DNA of 40,715 nt, taken from positions 1 through 40,715 of the IMG/VR virus record IMGVR_UViG_3300036783_000172; one strand, 5' to 3'. The first letter of the stretch is position 1. Each line of letters begins with the position of its first letter. Under the pieces are notes generated by a model that ran no database searches, had not been told where the DNA came from, and saw only the letters and a program-made list of their open reading frames with translations. The position numbers and the translations under genes were made by a program. The stretch is from a virus. Lineage: Duplodnaviria > Caudoviricetes. This document shows positions 10,029 through 18,153 of this stretch, piece by piece.

Positions 10029-10637
10029 CTAGCTGGTAGCGATAGCGGTCAGGTCGGTCCAGGTGATCTGTGAGAAGGGGCAGATCGCCGACAGGGTGAG
10101 CGGGTACACCCGCTGCTGTGCCGCGCGCCGGTAAGCGGTCTGGACCTGGCCCGCCGAGATGACCGTGGGTATCGACAGCACCCGGGCGAAGCCGAGCTGG
10201 TTCTTGCCGACCACCGCGCAGGCCATCGTCTGGAAGTTGGTGGACAGCGAGAGCACCGACTTGCCCGGCTGGCCCGCGCCTGCCGGGGTGACGGCGATCG
10301 TGCCGCCATTGCCCCAGGCCAGGTTGACGTTGGCCAGGGTCTCCTCGGACAGCGCACAGGTGATCTGCAGGTCGGCCGTGTTGATGGCGACCGCGACCGG
10401 CGTCGGCTGTTCCTCGATCGTGATGTTCTGGGTGCTCGGGTTGAAGGTGACCGTCACCCCGGCCTCGGTGGCCCCGACGTAGGCCCAGCCGAGCCCCGTC
10501 CAGGATGAGCCGACGCCGAGGTTCTGGTCCGAGGGCACAGCGGTGCCGGGTATGGCCGTGAACAGGATCCCCGTGCCGTACAGCACGTTGGTGGTGGTGT
10601 AGTTGGGCGGGGTGTAGACAAGCGGGGGTCCAGCCAC
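10029..10637 (-). CDS. Major tail (tube) protein
   Basis: 'VLYGTGILFTA...W.YVGATEAGVTVT...EETLANVNLAW' matches the actinophage tail-tube pattern; position. Confidence 0.85.
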   Translation of the reverse strand: MAGPPLVYTPPNYTTTNVLYGTGILFTAIPGTAVPSDQNLGVGSSWTGLGWAYVGATEAGVTVTFNPSTQNITIEEQPTPVAVAINTADLQITCALSEETLANVNLAWGNGGTIAVTPAGAGQPGKSVLSLSTNFQTMACAVVGKNQLGFARVLSIPTVISAGQVQTAYRRAAQQRVYPLTLSAICPFSQITWTDLTAIATS

Positions 10638-10640
10638 GGG

Positions 10641-10949
10641 TCAGCCCTCCTGGGTGATCGTCACGCCTGCAGCGCTGGCTTCCGACACAATGTCGGCGGC
10701 CACCGGGGCGGGCACATCGGTGTAGTCGGTGCCGACGGTCACGCCGCCGAACGTGATGGAGCTGTGCGGGGGCTCGACCTTCAGCCGCTGCACCGGGCCA
10801 GCTGAGCCGCTTCCGGCTGCCTTCAGCTCGCCGAGCCGCCGTTCCAGCTCGGCCACCTCACGCATCGCGGCGCCAGGGTCGGGCGCGGGAGCCACGGCGT
10901 CTTTCCCGGCGTCTGGGCTCGGGGCAGCTGCCTTGGTGTCGTCGGGCAT
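10641..10949 (-). CDS. Hypothetical virion-region protein
   Basis: RBS GGAGG, tight operon packing. Confidence 0.65.
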   Translation of the reverse strand: MPDDTKAAAPSPDAGKDAVAPAPDPGAAMREVAELERRLGELKAAGSGSAGPVQRLKVEPPHSSITFGGVTVGTDYTDVPAPVAADIVSEASAAGVTITQEG

Positions 10950-10959
10950 GCTGGGCCTC

Positions 10960-11439
10960 CTACGGCTGGACGGGGATGAGGGTGAAGGCGCGCACCACGA
11001 GGGTCGTGATCGTGGTGAAGTCGATCAGCACACAGCCCACGTCGGCAGCCACTGCCACCTGGCTGTTGATCGCCCCCGACCAGGTGTTGCCGACCTGCTG
11101 GATGTTGTACGTAGCCGGGGACCACGGCCCCAGCCAGCCCGAGCTGTTAGCCGCCAGGGACTGCTGCTCGGTGGTGGCCGGTGCGAACGCCCCGGTGTTG
11201 CCGATCGGGTCGCCGACCAGCACCTGGGTGACGCCTGGCAGGGTCGCGCCAGACGCCCAGAACAGCACCACCTGGCCGTTGTTGGGCACCCGCACGCCCT
11301 GGATAGCTCCCCAGGCGGTGATCGAGCTGGGGCTGCCCAGGTCGTACCCCGGGGTGGAGGCCAGCGGGAACACGCCGGTCAGCGGGGTGCTGTTGAGCGG
11401 GAGCGGCAGCAGTGTCACACGAGTGCTGGGTAGGGCCAT
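10960..11439 (-). CDS. Hypothetical beta-rich structural protein
   Basis: High-GC3 ORF between the tail-terminator-like gene and the major tail gene. Confidence 0.65.
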   Translation of the reverse strand: MALPSTRVTLLPLPLNSTPLTGVFPLASTPGYDLGSPSSITAWGAIQGVRVPNNGQVVLFWASGATLPGVTQVLVGDPIGNTGAFAPATTEQQSLAANSSGWLGPWSPATYNIQQVGNTWSGAINSQVAVAADVGCVLIDFTTITTLVVRAFTLIPVQP

Positions 11440-11440
11440 G

Positions 11441-11851
11441 TCAGACTCCCGTCACGATCACGTAGTTGGAGGTGAACTCGGTGCGCCGGTCGGTCGGGTC
11501 GAACGGCAGCGGGGTCGGCCCGGAGCCGAGCCGGTAGACCGTGACGATCGGCGTGCCGTCGATCACCACCGGGAAGTTCGCGCGCAGGATCAGGTTGTCC
11601 AGCAGGGCAGCTGCCGACTCAGCCCCCAGCGGGTCATCGGGCGCACCGCGCAGCCGGGCCTGGAAGTTGCTGGCGTCGGTGGCCGGTTCCTCGGTGGTGT
11701 AGCCGGGGCCGCCCCCGCCCGTGATGACCAGGGCCCGGTCCGGGGCCGGTGGCACGTAGGGCCCGGCCAGCACCGGGTAGCCCACCTCCTGCCGGTCATC
11801 CCAGCCGAGTGAGCTGATCCAGTCGATGATCACCTGCGTCTGCGCGGTCAT
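11441..11851 (-). CDS. Tail terminator/completion protein
   Basis: MTAQTQVIIDWI...PDRALVITGGGG..FQARLRG...R.EFTSNY; ATGA overlap with the upstream gene. Confidence 0.7.
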   Translation of the reverse strand: MTAQTQVIIDWISSLGWDDRQEVGYPVLAGPYVPPAPDRALVITGGGGPGYTTEEPATDASNFQARLRGAPDDPLGAESAAALLDNLILRANFPVVIDGTPIVTVYRLGSGPTPLPFDPTDRRTEFTSNYVIVTGV

Positions 11852-12363
11852 CGCAGGTGCCTCGGTGGCGGATAGTGGTGGTGCTGCAGGTGCCACCAGA
11901 TCCAGCCTTTCAGCCGGTCGGGCAGCGTCAGGTAGCGGATCCGCGACTTGGCCTTCAGCTCGGCTGGGCTCAGCCGGTGGACGATAGGCGGCCGGTCGTA
12001 GACGGTGTGCTCGCCCAGCTTCACTTCCGGGTGACCGGAGCGGCGCAGATCCCAGAACTCGACCGGGGCGTGCCACTCGACCTGATCGGACAGGTCTTCC
12101 ATCGCCCGGATCATGCCTTCCCGGCCGCCGTCATCGAGGAAGCCGCCCGCGACCCAGCGCAGGTACAGCGGGAACCGGGTTTCCAGCGGCACCGCGAGGT
12201 AGCGGGCGTGGCCACCGCGGGGGTGGTGCAGGTCCAGCCGCTCATGCTGGAGTAACTGGTAGTGCGCGTAAACTTGGTCTACCGTCACAGAACCCCGAAG
12301 CCACTCACCGGAGCCAGTCCGTGACCGCAATTCTTCGATCCGACCAGCAAACGTCCCTACCAT
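11848..12363 (-). CDS. Head-tail joining/neck protein
   Basis: YAHYQ..HERLDLHHPRGGHARYL motif typical of neck proteins; also 'APVEFWDLRRSG'. Confidence 0.7.
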   Translation of the reverse strand: MVGTFAGRIEELRSRTGSGEWLRGSVTVDQVYAHYQLLQHERLDLHHPRGGHARYLAVPLETRFPLYLRWVAGGFLDDGGREGMIRAMEDLSDQVEWHAPVEFWDLRRSGHPEVKLGEHTVYDRPPIVHRLSPAELKAKSRIRYLTLPDRLKGWIWWHLQHHHYPPPRHLR

Positions 12364-12812
12364 TGGCACCACCTCCCCTCACCTGCGTCGTTGACGGGTG
12401 CAAGCAGCCCGTGCTGGTGAAGAAGAGGCGGCTTTGCCGCAAGCACTACTGCCGGTGGCAGAAGTACGGAACACCGCATGCGATCAACCCCGGAGGACAC
12501 CGGGCGCCGATGCGGATGAGCCCTGAAGATCGTTTCTTCTGGTATATCGTCCAGGAAGACGATCACTGGATGTGGACAGGGCCGACGATCGGCAAGGATG
12601 TCTGTGACTACGGTCGGCTCTTCATGGGAGAGCAGGCCAGGCCCCGAGTGGTGCAGGCCCACCGCTGGGCATTCGAGTTCTTCATCTGCCCAATCCCGCC
12701 CGAGCTGGAGCCTGACCATCTGTGTGAACTGACGCTGTGCGTTTGCCCGTGGCACCTGGACCTGGTGCCCCACGGGACCAACGTCAGGCGTGGCAGGCGT
12801 CATCGTCGCTGA
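12321..12812 (+). CDS. HNH homing endonuclease (start may be TTG at 12363)
   Basis: N-terminal CxxxxC..LCRKHY zinc motif; 'WMWTG...YG...AHRWAF...DHLC...CVCPWHL..V....N' HNH_3-type core; the only credible plus-strand gene. Confidence 0.9.
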   Translation: MTAILRSDQQTSLPLAPPPLTCVVDGCKQPVLVKKRRLCRKHYCRWQKYGTPHAINPGGHRAPMRMSPEDRFFWYIVQEDDHWMWTGPTIGKDVCDYGRLFMGEQARPRVVQAHRWAFEFFICPIPPELEPDHLCELTLCVCPWHLDLVPHGTNVRRGRRHRR

Positions 12813-12817
12813 CCTGC

Positions 12818-13336
12818 TCATGGCGCCTCGGAAGTGGCGAAGTCGCCGAACAGGTCACGGCGCCCCATCTCCGGCGGGGAGTCGGCCTGCAGCGTGGCGG
12901 TCTCGTCTATGTAGGTGTTGGAGTTGGCCCCGGTGAAGACGCGGGGGATCGGGTTGATGATCCGGGCAGATGCCCCGCCAGCGGTGGGAGTGACCGTGAT
13001 CTTGCCGTCACGGATGTCTTCCAGGACCAGCTTGGCCTCGGCATACCGCAGCACCACCGGGTGCTGGGGGCCCATGTCCTTCTGCTTGCTGTAGTACGTG
13101 CTCGCCCACCACGCCGCGAGGTCGAGGCACAGATCCTTCAGCGGGTCCGGTGGCACCAGTGCAGCTGTGCTGCTATCCCAGACGGTGCCGGTGTAGACCG
13201 AGATGCGGGTGGAGGCGGCTTCGAGCGCGAGCGTCAGCTGTGCGTCACTCAGCTGGGCAGCGGTGCCCGTGCCTGCGTCGGTGCTGTCCAGCACCAGCCG
13301 CAGGTCGGGGATCGCTGCATACAGAGGGCTCGCCAT
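12818..13336 (-). CDS. Head-tail adaptor (Mu gp36/DUF1320-like)
   Basis: 'YA...DL...AL..AS..I..Y...L..LC.DLA......RY.EA...L..I..GK' pattern. Confidence 0.8.
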   Translation of the reverse strand: MASPLYAAIPDLRLVLDSTDAGTGTAAQLSDAQLTLALEAASTRISVYTGTVWDSSTAALVPPDPLKDLCLDLAAWWASTYYSKQKDMGPQHPVVLRYAEAKLVLEDIRDGKITVTPTAGGASARIINPIPRVFTGANSNTYIDETATLQADSPPEMGRRDLFGDFATSEAP

Positions 13337-13339
13337 CGC

Positions 13340-13924
13340 TCAGTTACTGACCGCCACCGCGAGGCCGGTCAGGCCTCCTTCCGCATGAGCCGCGTAGGGC
13401 AGCTGCAGGAGCTGGCTGCCGTTGAGAAGGTTCTCCGCGGGCGCGTACGGCGTGAAGCCGATCCCGCAGGGGTTGGTCCACGCCCAGGTGGGCGCGGCCG
13501 AGTAGACGAGGGTGATGCTGCCAGCCGGGGGCAGGACCACCGAGCTGGGCGAGGGAATCGAGGTGCCGTGGAACCCGCCGACCGCCTGCTGCCAGGTCCA
13601 GGTCGGGGCAGCCGAGAAGGTGATGGCGATGTTGCCGCCCGCAGGGATGATCACCGTGCCGGCGGTGAGGCCGGAGGTGACACCACTCACAGCGATCACT
13701 GTCACCGTGCCACCTGTCACTGTGACCGCTACCGGCAAGCCGGTGTTGTTAACCTGCTGCACCGTGGTGGCTGGGACCGCGGGCGCGACCAGTGGCTGGG
13801 CCGGGGCGGGCAGGACCAGGATGCCGGTGATCGTGCCGCCGGTCACGGCCACGTTGACGTTCTGGCCCGTGTTGTTGACCTGGGCTACTGTGCTGGCCGG
13901 GATCGCGGGCGCGGTGAGTGCCAT
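13340..13924 (-). CDS. Beta-rich structural/decoration protein with nested internal duplication
   Basis: Two copies of AP.(I/V)PA.TV.QVNNTG..V.V.VTGGT and two of P..G.I....SAAPTW.W. Confidence 0.7.
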   Translation of the reverse strand: MALTAPAIPASTVAQVNNTGQNVNVAVTGGTITGILVLPAPAQPLVAPAVPATTVQQVNNTGLPVAVTVTGGTVTVIAVSGVTSGLTAGTVIIPAGGNIAITFSAAPTWTWQQAVGGFHGTSIPSPSSVVLPPAGSITLVYSAAPTWAWTNPCGIGFTPYAPAENLLNGSQLLQLPYAAHAEGGLTGLAVAVSN

Positions 13925-14133
13925 CAGCTGACTCCTTCTGTCTCTGGCTGGCCACCCGCTGGATCGCCGCCGACGTCCTGGCCGGACAGGGAAACGAGGT
14001 TGGAGGTGCCGATCGCCGTTTCGAGCGGGCCGCCGGCCGGAATGTCGATGATCGTGCCTCGGGTCAGCCGCACGGGCACGCCATCCCAGGTGATGTTGAC
14101 GGTGGTGTTGAGCATCCTCGGGTTGGCTGCCAT
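13924..14133 (-). CDS. Small hypothetical virion protein
   Basis: MAANPRMLNTTVNITWDG...; RBS GAGG; TGATG coupling to the next gene. Confidence 0.65.
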   Translation of the reverse strand: MAANPRMLNTTVNITWDGVPVRLTRGTIIDIPAGGPLETAIGTSNLVSLSGQDVGGDPAGGQPETEGVS

Positions 14134-14143
14134 TGCCGCCGCC

Positions 14144-14443
14144 TCAGTTCGCCAGGGCCGCGTGGCCCACGTCGTCTTGCCCTTGCACGTAGGCGCGCAG
14201 GTTGCCCGCGCCGATCGCGGTGTACAGCGCACCAGCGCCACCTGTGCCACCGCTGTCCGCGTAGATCACCGTGCCCGCCTGCCAGGTGCAGCCGGTGGTG
14301 CCCCAGTGCCCCGCCGCGTCGGTGCCGGCCGTGTTGCCAAACCCGGCCGCCCCGCCCGTGCCCGGCTCCCCGGCCACGATCGCGGCAGCCACGTCGGCGG
14401 GCACCGTGACGGTGGCAGTGAGCACGAACCGGGACAAGGCCAT
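14144..14443 (-). CDS. Small hypothetical virion protein
   Basis: MALSRFVLTATVTV...; TGATG coupling to the upstream gene. Confidence 0.65.
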   Translation of the reverse strand: MALSRFVLTATVTVPADVAAAIVAGEPGTGGAAGFGNTAGTDAAGHWGTTGCTWQAGTVIYADSGGTGGAGALYTAIGAGNLRAYVQGQDDVGHAALAN

Positions 14444-14865
14444 CAGAACCCCCAGCCCGGGGCAGCTGGCACAGCATCCTCGCCGACCGCGGAGTAGGTC
14501 GGGCTGACCAGCAGCTGGCCGATCGCCACCGCGCTGTTGTGGCCCTTCAGGAACGCGGTGACCGGGATCGAGGTCGCCGATCCCGTAGACGTCGCCTGCA
14601 CCACCTCGGCGTTGACCCCGGTGTCGATCAGGATGAACATGCCGGAGGTGAAGCTGGCCCCGCCGGAGGCGACCGGGATGGTCGCGGCCCCGATCGCCCG
14701 GGAGGCGTTGGTGGTCCCGGTCGGCGCCTGGGTGGCGAGCGTGAAGTACCACTCGCACCCCGAGCAGCGCTGGCTGATCCCACCGTCCACCGAGATGAAG
14801 TAGCGGAGGGCCTTGCACCGCGGGCAGGTGAGCCTGACCGAGGTGGGGACGCCAGCGCCAGCCAT
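14443..14865 (-). CDS. Zinc-ribbon plus beta-domain hypothetical protein
   Basis: CPRC...CSGC followed by ATTIPVASG..ILIDTG.NAEVV. Confidence 0.65.
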   Translation of the reverse strand: MAGAGVPTSVRLTCPRCKALRYFISVDGGISQRCSGCEWYFTLATQAPTGTTNASRAIGAATIPVASGGASFTSGMFILIDTGVNAEVVQATSTGSATSIPVTAFLKGHNSAVAIGQLLVSPTYSAVGEDAVPAAPGWGF

Positions 14866-14868
14866 GTG

Positions 14869-15321
14869 TTACCTCGCTACTCTGGGCGGGAGGTCGATCG
14901 CCCCGGTGACGGGCAGCTGCTCGCCGCCGGGCTGGGGCTCGGTGGCCTCCGGCGGCTCGGTGATCAGCACCTTGGAGCTGCCCGGCGGGTCGGGCCGTGG
15001 CTGGTCAGAGTCCGGCGGTGGGGTGACTGGCGCCCGCAGATTGCCGGACAGCAGCCGCGGGTGGATCCGTGGCAGCTCACCCTTGGCCTCGGCGGCGGGC
15101 CGGATCGCCGGGGTCTGGCGCCCGGCGCGTGGGCCGGTGGCCATCAGGTTCCGCGCCTCCTCATCGGTCAGCTCCACGGTGTCCCCGGTCACCACCAGAT
15201 CGTTCTGGCCGGTGAGCACTTCAGTGCCCGGGTGGCGCTGGGGGATAGACAGGTTGGTCAGCGCCTGGTACTTCTTGCGCGGGCCGCCGGTCTTTGCCTG
15301 GGCTGCAGCCGGTGCTGGCAT
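14869..15321 (-). CDS. Pro-rich hypothetical protein following the major capsid gene
   Basis: 'Y.AL.NLS...V..GDTVELTDEEA..L' small head-associated motif. Confidence 0.65.
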   Translation of the reverse strand: MPAPAAAQAKTGGPRKKYQALTNLSIPQRHPGTEVLTGQNDLVVTGDTVELTDEEARNLMATGPRAGRQTPAIRPAAEAKGELPRIHPRLLSGNLRAPVTPPPDSDQPRPDPPGSSKVLITEPPEATEPQPGGEQLPVTGAIDLPPRVAR

Positions 15322-15326
15322 GGCGA

Positions 15327-16238
15327 TCAGATCCCCGAGACCAGGACGATGGCCAGCGGCTGGTCGAGCCCGATGGCGCTCGCGCGCTGGGTGTCGGAGC
15401 GCCAGGTCTTCCTGGGCTCGTCACGGTAGAGAGGGCCAGCGACGAACGGCAGCTCATCGGCGTAGAAGCCGGCCCGGTTGCGCTGCATGACGATCGCGTT
15501 GCCCGCGGGCACCTGCCGGGAGACCAGCACGTCCAGCCCCATGATCTTCTGGGGCAGGGTGCCGGTGTAGAGCAGGTTCTCGCTGGCGATGTCGCCGATG
15601 TACGGCGCCGCGAACGTGCTCGACTGCAGCAGCGTGTTCTTGGTGCCGTGGTTGATGATCAGCGTGTCGGCCTCGAAGCCAAGCCACTGCGTCACACCCG
15701 ACGGGGACACGATGTTGGCGTTCTCGACCAGGAACATCGCCTGTGCCAGGTCGGCCCGGATCGTGGCGCTGGCGCTTGCCCAGGTGTTGGCTGCCGCAAG
15801 TGTCTGGATGGATGCGTTGGCAACCACGGCACTGTAGAAAGCCGTGTTCCAGCTGTACACCATCGTGTTTTTCACTTGCTGTAGCTGTCTGGCTACAGGA
15901 TCGACAGCCTGCCGGCGGCGCATCTCGTCCGAGACCATGATCGCCATGGCCCGCTCGTGGGTGAAGACCACCCGCGGGATGCCGACCGAGGTGGGCACGA
16001 TCGGCACTTCGCCGAACTCGGGCCGGATCTCGGGGAAGTCGTCGGCGTACAGCGGGGTGGACTCGGCGTAGCGGACCGCGCCGGAGGTGGCTGCCCCGCC
16101 GTTGCGCAGCACCGAGTCCACGATGAACTCGTTCTGCGTCAGGTCGAGGATGAGCTGCGGGATCGTCAGGGGATCCTTCAGCAGCTCAGCGACGGTGATT
16201 CTCGGGCCATCGCTGTACCCGCGGACTGCGGTCGGCAT
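15327..16238 (-). CDS. Major capsid protein (HK97 fold)
   Basis: 303 aa after the protease/scaffold and cement genes; 'PEFGEVP', 'VSDEMRRR', C-terminal 'DQPLAIVLVSGI'. Confidence 0.88.
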   Translation of the reverse strand: MPTAVRGYSDGPRITVAELLKDPLTIPQLILDLTQNEFIVDSVLRNGGAATSGAVRYAESTPLYADDFPEIRPEFGEVPIVPTSVGIPRVVFTHERAMAIMVSDEMRRRQAVDPVARQLQQVKNTMVYSWNTAFYSAVVANASIQTLAAANTWASASATIRADLAQAMFLVENANIVSPSGVTQWLGFEADTLIINHGTKNTLLQSSTFAAPYIGDIASENLLYTGTLPQKIMGLDVLVSRQVPAGNAIVMQRNRAGFYADELPFVAGPLYRDEPRKTWRSDTQRASAIGLDQPLAIVLVSGI

Positions 16239-16252
16239 AACTCAGCTCCCTT

Positions 16253-16747
16253 TCAGAAGATCCGGGCCCGGCCCAGGTAGAACGAGGCGGCACCCGTACC
16301 GCCGATCTGCTGGGTGAGCTGCCCGGCGGCGACTCCACCGGGGGCCGTGCAGATGCCGACCACCTGGTCAGCGGCTGGTCCTGCTCCGGCCGGTCCGACC
16401 GTGCCGTTGGCAGTGCAGAGCAGCTTGATGCCCTGGGTGCAGGCAGCGGAGTACCAGACGAAGATGTCCACCCCGCCGTAGTAGACGCTCACGTAGTCGG
16501 TCAGGACCGAGATGTCGATGAGCGGCTGCCCGTAGGTGTTGGGCGCCCCTACCTGGGCCGCGATGACGTTGGCGTCGTTGCCCGCCACGCCGAGGCAGTG
16601 GACGCTGGCCGCGCCAGCTGGCTTGACCGTCAGGTCGGTGGTCCCGGCGGTGAACGTGGTGTTCTCCACCAGCTGCCCGCCGAAGATGAGGGCGCTCACC
16701 TGCATGTTGGCGGGGCCCTGCTTGTAGTGCGGAAGCACGGCGCTCAT
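16253..16747 (-). CDS. Capsid cement/decoration protein (DUF2190-like)
   Basis: 'VKPAGA...LGVA..DA...G..L...ANG.V......VVG' pattern directly upstream of the major capsid gene. Confidence 0.7.
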   Translation of the reverse strand: MSAVLPHYKQGPANMQVSALIFGGQLVENTTFTAGTTDLTVKPAGAASVHCLGVAGNDANVIAAQVGAPNTYGQPLIDISVLTDYVSVYYGGVDIFVWYSAACTQGIKLLCTANGTVGPAGAGPAADQVVGICTAPGGVAAGQLTQQIGGTGAASFYLGRARIF

Positions 16748-16762
16748 AGCCGGATTCCCCTC

Positions 16763-16957
16763 TCAGGATGAGTTGCTGACGCCGACGTGTTCGCCGAGCT
16801 GGTCCCGGGGCGCGGTGACCCGGAGGCTGCCTGCACCGATGGCGGTGATCTCGGCCGCGGACAGCTCGACCGTCTGGCCTTTCTTCAGCCGCCGCTCCGG
16901 GTGCTGGTAGTCGGTGGCCGCGATGACGACATCCGCGGTCAGCACCTCGCGGGTCAT
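16763..16957 (-). CDS. Small head-associated hypothetical protein
   Basis: 'LKKGQTVELSAAE' resembles the motif in 14869..15321; ATGA coupling. Confidence 0.6.
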   Translation of the reverse strand: MTREVLTADVVIAATDYQHPERRLKKGQTVELSAAEITAIGAGSLRVTAPRDQLGEHVGVSNSS

Positions 16958-18153
16958 CGCCGGATCCCGAACATCTGGGCCGCGGCCCGGTCCACGACGG
17001 CGTTGCGGGCCGCTGCCGCGGTCTCGCCGTCATCGCCACCGTCCATCGGGGTGCCCAGCTCGACCCCGATGCCCAGCTGCTCGGTGATCTTGGCGTACTC
17101 GGTGAGGATCTTGCGGACGATCTGGCCGGCGTCCACCGTCTTGCCGCCGGACAGGTCCACCACGTGGCCCGCGCCTTCGAGCAGCGGCTGGGCCAGGTCG
17201 GCGATGAACGGCGGGGTGCCCCCGGCGACCAGCTTGCGCCGCTCGCCCTGCCAGCGCTCGGCGTCCAGCTGGTCACTGATGATCTTCAGCTGGCGGGCGT
17301 TCTCGTCACTGGTCGCCTGGGCCAGCTCGATCGCCATCTGGTCTTCGACTGCGAGCCCAGCCGCGACCGGCTCGCGCTGATCCTCCAGCTCGCCGTCTTC
17401 GAGCAGGCCGGCCGCGTCGAGGGCCAGCGCCTGCTCGACCAGTTCGTCCAGCTCTTCGTCGGTCAGCTCGTCGGCGGGCTGGTCTCCGTTCAGCTGGCCG
17501 ACCGTTTCCGGGGTCAGCTCGCCGGGCAGCTGGGCCACCAGCGCGGCCAGCTTGGCGGGGTCGAGGTCCAGCAGGGCTGCCAGCCGGGCCTTCTGCTCGT
17601 CGTTCAGCTCGGGCATCTCGCTGTCCTCTCCGGTGTATGAGCCGCTGCTGAGGTCGTAGGTGACGTCAGCGACGTTGGATGCTTCGATCGCCTGCCAGCC
17701 GCCGAGCCCGGGGATCCGGGGGTCGAGCGTGGCGAGCACATGCTGAATGGCCTTGGGGAAAAACTTGCCGTCGGAGCGTGAGTAGCCCTCCACGATCCGG
17801 GCCGAGACACCGAGCTTGGGGTTCTCGGCGAGCACGGCCTCGCCGCGCTCGGTCGGGTCCACCCCGACGTACAGGCCGTCGCCCCGCAGCTCCATCGCCG
17901 CGATCTGGCCGCCGAACCGTTCCACGGCGTTGGTGTGCCGGTTGTCGGCATCGGCCAGCTGCAGGGGCACCTGGTCGTAGGCGCTTTCATTGAAAGCGCT
18001 GACCAGCCCCTGCAGGTAGTCGGGGGTGAACGAGAGCTTGCGGCCCTTGTAGTCGATCTCGCCGACCGGCAGCAGCCGCTTCCACCACCGCTTGTTGGAC
18101 AGCTCGGCAGCTGCCGTGCTGTAGGGGGTGAGGATCGCTGCCGCGGCGGTCAT
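16954..18153 (-). CDS. Prohead protease-scaffold (Mu gpI-like)
   Basis: 'LLPVG...H......G.I..MELRGDGLY..V..TERG..L......VS......I.HV..T..P.IPGL' protease core plus acidic coiled-coil scaffold C-terminus. Confidence 0.85.
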   Translation of the reverse strand: MTAAAAILTPYSTAAAELSNKRWWKRLLPVGEIDYKGRKLSFTPDYLQGLVSAFNESAYDQVPLQLADADNRHTNAVERFGGQIAAMELRGDGLYVGVDPTERGEAVLAENPKLGVSARIVEGYSRSDGKFFPKAIQHVLATLDPRIPGLGGWQAIEASNVADVTYDLSSGSYTGEDSEMPELNDEQKARLAALLDLDPAKLAALVAQLPGELTPETVGQLNGDQPADELTDEELDELVEQALALDAAGLLEDGELEDQREPVAAGLAVEDQMAIELAQATSDENARQLKIISDQLDAERWQGERRKLVAGGTPPFIADLAQPLLEGAGHVVDLSGGKTVDAGQIVRKILTEYAKITEQLGIGVELGTPMDGGDDGETAAAARNAVVDRAAAQMFGIRR

